DNA from: Limisphaerales bacterium
GTDB taxonomy: Bacteria > Verrucomicrobiota > Verrucomicrobiia > Limisphaerales > Palsa-1400
Direction: 5' to 3'
NCBI GenBank assembly: GCA_052325505.1
Contig: JBKQUS010000133.1
Coordinates: forward strand, 1,807-65,806
Length of the DNA stretch: 64,000 nucleotides
The notes beneath the pieces were generated by a model, which searched no databases, was not told the DNA's origin, and saw nothing but the letters and a program-made list of their open reading frames with translations. This document shows positions 57,297 through 64,000 of the stretch, one piece after another. Made by a program: the position numbers and the translations under genes. The number at the start of each line of letters is the position of its first letter. The stretch's first letter is position 1.

Positions 57297-59849
57297 CTAT
57301 TTCCCACCAGCGACCTTGTCGGTGAAGTCCTCGGTCAACCGCACATTTTCAGTGAGGGGCAGATCGCGGGACGAGGGGCCCACGGCGATTTCATAGGTTC
57401 CGGCGTCGGCCTTCCACTGGCGGCCGGGGACGTCAAAGTAAGCGAGGTCGCGGGGTTTGAGGGTGAAGGTGATGGTTTTGGTTTCGCCGGGCTTGAGGGG
57501 GACTTTGGCGAAGCCCTTGAGTTCGCGTGGGGCTTTCTCGATTTTGGGGCGGGGATCGTGGACGTAGAGTTGGGCGACTTCCTCGCCGTCGCGATGGCCG
57601 GTGTTGGTTACGTCCACGGAGGCGGTAAGCGAGCCATCGGCTTTCAGGCTGGCGGCGGAGAGCTTGAGATTTTTGTATGTGAAGGTGGTGTAGGAGAGTC
57701 CGAAGCCGAAGGGGAAGAGGGGCTGGATGCCCGCGTGGTCAAAGTGGCGGTAGCCGACGAAAATGCCTTCCGCATAATTCACTTGATGATTGGCGCCGGG
57801 GAAGTTGGGGGCGTCCGAATAATCGTCGCGATTGGCGGCGAAGGTGTCGGGGAGCTTGCCGGATGGGTTGACGTTGCCGAAGAGAACGGCCGCGAGGGCG
57901 GCGCCGCCTTCCTGGCCGGGGAACCAGGCGTCGAGGAGGGCGGGCACCTGCGGGAGCCAATCGTTCATGGTCACGGGCGCGCCGGCATTCAGGAGGACGA
58001 TGGTTTTGGGATTGGCTGCGGCCACGGCGCGAATGAGGTCGGATTGATGGGCGGGCAGATCCATGGACGGACGGTCGGCCCCTTCGCCTTCGGTATGCCG
58101 GGTGGAAACACAAACCACGGCGACGTCGCTATTCTTGGCGGCTTCGATTGCGTCGTTGTAAGGGGAAACGCTGGGCAGCAGCCAGCCGAAGCGGGCCACG
58201 TAATCGCCGCCGTTCTGGTAGAATTCGATGCGCACATCGTAGGACTTGCCAGCCTCCAGGCTGGCGGGGGCGGTCACGGTGCTGACGGAGCCGTCCCGCC
58301 ATTGATCGATCAGGAGTTTGCCGTCGAGATAAACCCGGTAGCCGTCATCGCCGGTGAAGGAGAAGCCGACGGTGCCCGTGACGGGCGCGAGCAGCTTGCC
58401 GGTCCAGCGAACGCTGAAGTGAGTGGTGGCAAGCCCTGGCGCCGGCGCAGCGGGCGAATTGATGTTGACCTGGTTTTCGATGCGTGAGCACACGGGCTGG
58501 CCGTCAAGCGACATGTTTCCGAAGTATTGGGCCCGGAAGCCACTGGTTCCGTCGGGTTGCCGGATGGCGGACCCGGGGACGAGAATGCCATCCATTTCGG
58601 CGGCGGCGAGGCGGATGGCGACCTGATCGCCGACTACGTTTTTGATGCCATCGATCAATTCGGTGGTGTGGGGGGGGGTCACTTCCGGACTGCCGAGTGC
58701 TCCAACCTGGAGTTTTTTGGCCGGTTCGCCGATCAGGGCGATGGATTTGATGCGGGTGCGGTCGAGGGGCAGGAGGTTTTGGTTGTTTTTGAGGAGAACG
58801 ATGCCCTTGGTGGCGGTTTCGAGGGCGAGTTGATCATGTTCGCGGGAGTTGACGAGCTGGCCGTCCGGGTGGAGCGGGTTATCGAGCAGGCCCACGCGGA
58901 TGATCGTCCGGAGAATACGATGCACGGAATCGTCCACGGCGGCCTGGGTGACGGTGCCGTCGGCGAGTGCGGCCTTGAGTTTGGGAACGCTCATGTTATC
59001 GCCGGTGGGCATTTCCAAGTCGTTGCCGGCCTGCACGACGGAGGTTTCATGGACGCCGCCCCAGTCCGACATGACGAGACCATTGAAGGCCCACTCGCCT
59101 TTCAAGATATCCTTGAGCAGGATGGGATTGGCGCTGGAATGCCGGCCATTGACCTGGTTGTAGGAACTCATGACGGACCAGACGTTGCCTTCCTTCACGC
59201 CGGCTTCAAATGCGGGCAGATAGATTTCGCGCAAGGCGCGCTCGTTTACAGTGGCATTGATGTCGGAACGGTCGGTTTCCTGGTTGTTGCAGGCGAAATG
59301 CTTGATGCAGGCGGCATTGCCGCTGGATTGGAGGCCCCGGATGTAGGCGGCGGCGAGGCGGGAGGCGAGGAAAGGGTCTTCGCTGAAATATTCGGCGTTG
59401 CGCCCGCCGAGCGGGGAGCGGTGGATGTTGACGGCGGGGCCGAGGAGGATCGAGGTGCCCTCGCCCTTGTTCCGCGACTCCACACCGATGGCGTGGCCCA
59501 CGCGCGCGATAAGTTCGGGATCCCAGGTTGATGCCATTAGCACGCCGCAGGGGAAGGCGGTTGCCGGACCTTGGGTGCGGTCGGTGCCGCCGCGCACACC
59601 CTGGCCGGCATCGGCCATGCCCATGGCAGGAATGCCGAGCCGCGGAATGGGCTGGGTGGTGAAGCCGGTGCCGCCGAGGAGGGCGAGTTTTTCGTCCGGC
59701 GTCAGCCGGTTGAACAGGTCGTTCACGCGGTCCTCGATGGGCGCCCGGAGGTTCTGGTAAGGGAGTGTTTCCTCCGCGTTCGTTCCGCGGACGGCGAGAG
59801 CGAGCGCAAGGACGGCCAGTATGCAGGTTTGGGGCAAAGATGTGTTCAC
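57297..59849 (-). CDS. GH3 beta-glucosidase (BglX-like) with an inserted PA14 domain and a C-terminal Fn3-like domain
   Basis: Motifs include GGRNAEYFSEDPFL and MSDWGG (nucleophile Asp). The PA14 segment reads GFRAQYFGN...FSVRWTGKL...GDDGYRVYLDGKLLID. A GTG at 59849 gives a signal-peptide-like N-terminus VNTSLPQTCILAVLALALAV; the track ORF extends to 59957. Confidence 0.88.
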   Translation of the reverse strand: MNTSLPQTCILAVLALALAVRGTNAEETLPYQNLRAPIEDRVNDLFNRLTPDEKLALLGGTGFTTQPIPRLGIPAMGMADAGQGVRGGTDRTQGPATAFPCGVLMASTWDPELIARVGHAIGVESRNKGEGTSILLGPAVNIHRSPLGGRNAEYFSEDPFLASRLAAAYIRGLQSSGNAACIKHFACNNQETDRSDINATVNERALREIYLPAFEAGVKEGNVWSVMSSYNQVNGRHSSANPILLKDILKGEWAFNGLVMSDWGGVHETSVVQAGNDLEMPTGDNMSVPKLKAALADGTVTQAAVDDSVHRILRTIIRVGLLDNPLHPDGQLVNSREHDQLALETATKGIVLLKNNQNLLPLDRTRIKSIALIGEPAKKLQVGALGSPEVTPPHTTELIDGIKNVVGDQVAIRLAAAEMDGILVPGSAIRQPDGTSGFRAQYFGNMSLDGQPVCSRIENQVNINSPAAPAPGLATTHFSVRWTGKLLAPVTGTVGFSFTGDDGYRVYLDGKLLIDQWRDGSVSTVTAPASLEAGKSYDVRIEFYQNGGDYVARFGWLLPSVSPYNDAIEAAKNSDVAVVCVSTRHTEGEGADRPSMDLPAHQSDLIRAVAAANPKTIVLLNAGAPVTMNDWLPQVPALLDAWFPGQEGGAALAAVLFGNVNPSGKLPDTFAANRDDYSDAPNFPGANHQVNYAEGIFVGYRHFDHAGIQPLFPFGFGLSYTTFTYKNLKLSAASLKADGSLTASVDVTNTGHRDGEEVAQLYVHDPRPKIEKAPRELKGFAKVPLKPGETKTITFTLKPRDLAYFDVPGRQWKADAGTYEIAVGPSSRDLPLTENVRLTEDFTDKVAGGK

Positions 59850-60612
59850 CGGGATTTCCCATTTGGTTTGTTGTTCATGTCGTAAATGAGCTGTTTTCTG
59901 TCGCTGGCGTGATTTTCCCCGCGCGGCACGGATTTGCAAGCCATTCTGGAGTGCCAAAACTTCGTTTTTCGGTGGAAGTGGCTTGCGCGCAACCGATTTT
60001 CACTTCCCAACCAGCCCTTGCAAATGGAAGCAAAGACGCTTCTCCCTTGCTGACGGATGTTTTCATGCAATCTCTTTCACTTTTCATTTATGTAATCGTT
60101 TTGCGCGAGACGTTGCGGGAAGGAACCATGATGCAGCAAAAAGCCTTTCTGCGCTTATTACCGGAGACCATAGTAACGCCGATGGGGTCGATTTCGGGAT
60201 CACTTTTAACTTTGCTGCCGACATAACAGGCGTCTCCCCCCAGGACATCCACATCGAGGCAATTTACAACGACGCGCGACGGCATTTCCTCCTCGCAAAA
60301 AGCTGTTTAAGTCAGATTAAGATTTTAAACGGGCAGATCCCACCAGCAGTCGCGGATGACTTCGCGGACCTCGAAATAACCCTAGATGAGTTCTTCGTGG
60401 GGCCGACAGTAGCCCCGCACGATAAGCTTGATGGAAAGTCTACGACGGATGAACAACGCGCCCACCACAACACTTTCCGACCCGCTTGAGCAGGCCGGAG
60501 TAATCCCAAAACAGTCAACAATTAACATAAAGAAAGGTCAAACTTATGAACAAAAAGCAAAAGCAGCAATTTATGGCCCAAGTGCCACCGCTGGAATCGA
60601 AAGGAGGCTTCT

Positions 60613-61083
60613 ATGCCCAACTGGTGTGATAACCAATTAGAGGTGCGTGGACCAAGTAATGACGTAAAGCGGTTCAAAAAGAAGGCTGTTGGCTACTACC
60701 CCTGGGCGACGCCGGGGGAAAAACAGAACGGTCCGGCCGACCCGCTCAACTTCCACAACTTGGTTCCGATCCCGAAGAAAGTTCTAAAGGCCGAAAATGA
60801 GGATGCTGTCGAAGACTGGGCAAGAGAAAACTGGGACACGAAGTGGGGTGCGTACGAATCGAAAATGGGCTTCGTTCTTAGTCAAGACCCGCTGACGGTT
60901 TGGACGATCCTGGAGGACAACAATGGCGAGTGGTATCTGCGGAGCGGATGCCACTGGGTCAATCGCATCGGCTACCTGATAAGCACCAAGCCGTTTGAAG
61001 CGGATCAGATAATTCGGGTGTATCCGCAGTGGATTCATATCACGGCGCGAGTCGGCGGAGTCCATGGTCCTGGCACTGGTTGA
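60613..61083 (+). CDS. DUF1281/Api92-like hypothetical protein (mobile-element-associated family, from memory)
   Basis: 156 aa opening with MPNWCDNQLEVRGP, the MPNWC.N.L...G signature I associate with that family. It lies in a visibly AT-richer patch and is followed by a strong terminator. Confidence 0.5.
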   Translation: MPNWCDNQLEVRGPSNDVKRFKKKAVGYYPWATPGEKQNGPADPLNFHNLVPIPKKVLKAENEDAVEDWARENWDTKWGAYESKMGFVLSQDPLTVWTILEDNNGEWYLRSGCHWVNRIGYLISTKPFEADQIIRVYPQWIHITARVGGVHGPGTG

Positions 61084-61101
61084 CCGCAGTAAAATGAAAA
61101 G

Positions 61102-61138
61102 CACTGGGTTGGATCTATTCGGCCCGGTGTTTTTTTTT
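61102..61138 (+). terminator. Rho-independent terminator after the 60613..61083 gene
   Basis: The stem is cactggg / cccggtg (7 bp with one G-U pair) with a 14-nt loop. A T9 run follows at 61130..61138. Confidence 0.65.
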
Positions 61139-61375
61139 GTACTGTGCCGCTGGGGTTGGTGGGAGGAGCCGTTATTGCCATTCCCGCCCACCCCTCATAT
61201 CAATCTTGGGACTTGTGCGGCTGTTGGTGGGGTTGCTGGGGCTGCTTATTATACATTCGCCCGCCAGTTATATGCGAAGGTTTGGCCTGGACCCTCTAAA
61301 ATCGTTTATAGGGCGTTTTGATTTACGGGAATTGCGGGAACGAAGTCAAAATGCCTCTGAACGGAGGGAAGGCCA

Positions 61376-62300
61376 TTATTTTTTAAGTCTTTCGCCCACG
61401 CTGTCCGGCACTCCCGGAGCATGGTGGATGACACCCGTCACTTCGCCTTTGTCATTTTTGAGGAAGGTCAATTGCGCACCATTGACCTTGAGGAAGAAAT
61501 TCGTTTGCGAAGAGGCATAAATCTCAACGACTCCTTGAAGAACCTTCTTGCCTTCGGCCTGGCCGAACAACCGGTTTCCTTCCCGCCAAATCGTGAGTTT
61601 CATTCCCGTAGGAGGCCAGATGGCGTTCGGTGGGAATTCGTAAAGGCCGGCGACGGCATCCAGAAGTGATGTGTCTAGCTTGATGACGATATACGGGTCG
61701 GGTGGCTCCGGGGCTGTTTGCGGTTGAGCGGAAATTTTCTGAGATTCCAAGGTAATCGTCCATTCGTTGGTCCCCTTCGCCAAGGTGGATTCGACGGTCC
61801 GGGAAACATCCCTGCTCTGGACCGTCACTTCATAATCTCCCAGGAAGCCCTTGAAGGCGCACATCCCATTCCGGTCGGAAGTCAATGAGGCGCGCGTCCA
61901 CCAGGTTTGATGGATCAGTTTCATGAGGCGGTCATAGGCTAGTTTGGGTGTCAAGTCCGCGTGGAGGAGTCCGCCTGGCGCGCCCTGCCAGGCGCCATCC
62001 TGCAAGTCCCACCAGGTAATGGCCTGGACGGAAGGATGCGAGAACAGCAGGGTGTAAAGCCGCTCCACATAATCGGCCTGCTGCAACTCCCCGGTCGGCG
62101 TCGTCGGCCACGGTCGCGGCAATTCCCAGCCGTGTTTGCCGGACAGCACGGTGACTTCGCTGAAGTGGATGTCTTTGCCGAACTTGGCATAACGCTCACA
62201 GATATCCCAGACATCTTGCAGAGGCCATTCCCCGCGGTGCATGTGTGATTGAATGCCGATGATTTGAAACGGCGCTTTGTCCTTGACCAGTTGATCGCAA
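61376..62300 (-). pseudogene. 5'-truncated GH10-like fragment followed by CarboxypepD_reg-like and DUF3471-like domains
   Basis: The frame is open upstream of the annotated Met and reads ...SFCDQLVKDKAPFQIIGIQSHMHRGEW...IHFSEVTV...ITWWD. This is the second half of a clan GH-A (beta/alpha)8 barrel, including the nucleophile-type SE motif. The NE acid/base half is missing. The C-terminal region AGLYEF...LTFLKNDKGEVTGV is DUF3471-like. Confidence 0.5.
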
Positions 62301-63999
62301 AAACTGTCCCACAGCCTAAACTGCCGCCATCGTAAGTCGTGCCATAGAGCGTGGAGCCAGCCGACGTGAGGCCAACGGACGGGTTTGCCCCGTCGTTGGT
62401 AACGCTGCCAAATCGGTAGAGGTTGGTGTAGCCGCTGCCGCCGGTCTTGATTGCAAAAACCGCCCCGTTGCTGGAGCTGCCTAGCCCCTCGTAAGTCGTA
62501 CCATAGAGCGTGGAGCCAACCAACGTGAGGGGGCCACCAAAGGGATCTACCCCGTCGTTAGCAACGCTGCCAAATCGGTAGAGGTTGGTGTAGCCGCTGC
62601 CGTCGGGGTTGATTGCAAAAATAGTCCCATAACCCCACTCACCGGTGCCATAGTAGCCGCCGTGGGGAGCCGTGCCATAGAGCGTGGAGCCGACCAACGT
62701 GAGGCCAGCCGACGAGCCTGACATTTCACCATCGTCAGCGACGCTGCCAAAGCTGTAGAGGTTCGTGTAGCCGCTGCCGTCGGTGTTGATTGCAAAGATT
62801 GTCCCACTGCCGGAGGTGAGTCCTGGTTGAGTTGTGCCATAGAGTTTGGAGCCGACTAACGTGAGGCCAGCCAACGGGGTCGTACCATCGTCAGCGACGC
62901 TGCCAAAGCTGTAGAGGTTGGTGTAGCCGGTGCCATCGGTGTTGATCGCAAAGATCGTTCCCTCGCCAAAGCTGCCGCCTTCGCTAGCCGTGCCATAAAG
63001 TCTGGAGCCAACCGACGCGAGCCCAGCAGACGGATTTGATCCGTCTCTAGCGACGCTGCCAAATCGGTAGAGGTTGGTGTAGCCGCTGCCGTCGGTGTTG
63101 ATCGCAAAGATCGTTCCCTCGCCAAAGCTGCCGCCTTCGCCAGTCGTACCATAGAGCGTGGAACCGATCACCGTGAGGCCGGCATACGGGTGCTCCCCGT
63201 CATTCGCCACGTTGACAAATTTGTAAAGATCGGTTGGACACGACACCGCCGGACGACCGCCATAGGTCGAAATCCACCCGCTCGCGCCAAACAAATAATA
63301 GGCCGTCACCATATTGTTGTTAGTAAACACTGATCCATCATTCACTGGTGCGTTGCCCATGAAATAGACGCTGAACAGAAAGTTGCAGAAACCAAACGCC
63401 CCAGCCCCTATGCTAGTGACGCTGCCGGGGATCGTAATGCTGCTCAGACTAGCGCAGTACTCGAACGCATACTGACCGATGTTGGTGACACTGTTGCCAA
63501 TTACGAGGTTGGTCATCATGCCGCAGTACATAAACGCCCCGTCCCCGATGCTAGTGACACTGTCGGGAACCGTGATGCCGGTCAGGTTCTCGCAGTCAAA
63601 AAACGCATCATCCCCGATGCTCGTGACGTTGGTGCCGATCATGACGTTGGCCAGACTGTAGCACATGAGGAACGCCCCGGCCCCAATATTAGTCACGCTG
63701 TTTGGGATTGTGATACTCGTCAGACTGGCGCATTGCTGGAACGCATTAGATTCAATGCTGGTGACGCTGTCGGGAATCGTGACACTGGTAAGACTGCACC
63801 ACTCAAAGGCCCCGTCCCCGATAATGGTGACTGGCAGGCCACCGAGCGAGCCGGGGATTGTCACTGCACCGCTGCCGGAACAGGTATATCCGGTGATGGT
63901 GATCGAGCCATTGTTGGTGGCAAACGTCAATTGGGCTTGAACCTGTGTTGACAGAGCCAGTGTGATGATGAGAATCCCGAACAATGTTTTTCTATTCAC
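62290..63999 (-). CDS. Secreted BspA-type leucine-rich-repeat plus GloVer tandem-repeat protein, 3'-truncated at a junction with the GH10 fragment
   Basis: A GTG at 63999 gives VNRKTLFGILIITLALSTQVQA, a signal peptide. There are about 8 LRR_5-type units (IPDSVTSIGDGAF). Six GloVer-type units follow (P.AGLT..GSTLYGTT..GG..G.GTIFAINTDGSGYTNLYSFGSV). The last unit stops at GTVFAIN, and the track ORF then continues as junk to 61951. Confidence 0.75.
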
Positions 64000-64000
64000 A

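Noticed and set aside
57183-59531. Plus-strand ORFs 57183..58487 and 58527..59531
   Set aside because: They are antisense shadows of the GH3/PA14 gene, and their translations are Gly/Ala/Val-rich repeats.
61064-61321. 85-aa plus-strand ORF
   Set aside because: It starts inside the preceding gene and reads straight through that gene's hairpin-plus-T9 terminator. No supporting motif is present.
62300-63250. Regularly spaced roughly 150-200 nt DNA repeats, considered as a CRISPR-like or satellite array
   Set aside because: They are the coding GloVer tandem repeats of one long ORF. The unit length is far larger than CRISPR repeats, and there is no alternation of short identical repeats with unique spacers.

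Overview
GC-rich chromosomal segment that looks like a PVC-superphylum genome, most likely Verrucomicrobiota. Supporting signs are a prepilin-type H-X9-DG protein, a PEP-CTERM tail, GloVer tandem repeats, Kelch propellers and many secreted glycoside hydrolases (GH42, GH95, GH78-like, GH3, and a GH10 relic). Housekeeping genes (recN, nth, rlmI, tatD-like, a lipoate-ligase family gene, a ModF-like ABC ATPase) are interleaved with accessory DNA. I saw no rRNA, tRNA or CRISPR array. Main observations: (1) A tight four-gene minus-strand operon holds the function-unknown AMMECR1/Memo/radical-SAM trio. Memo and AMMECR1 are fused, and the trio is interrupted by a polytopic spermidine-synthase-like membrane protein and a small membrane protein. 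It sits beside agmatine deiminase, near an ornithine decarboxylase plus deoxyhypusine-synthase-like pair. (2) Two separate insertions are each bracketed by a duplicated 3' end of the gene they follow: a 6.5 kb island of three secreted-protein genes and a 0.76 kb toxin-antitoxin-like cassette. No recombinase gene is visible at either. (3) A Kelch propeller carries three CxxCH motifs in consecutive blades. (4) Two surface-protein genes are broken exactly at G8 and A8 homopolymers, while a C9 run in a neighbouring gene is in frame. (5) A mirror-symmetric array of six GTGACA half-sites lies in a divergent promoter region, and there are other repeated intergenic motifs. All functional calls come from reading the translations against remembered family motifs. 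No database search was run.
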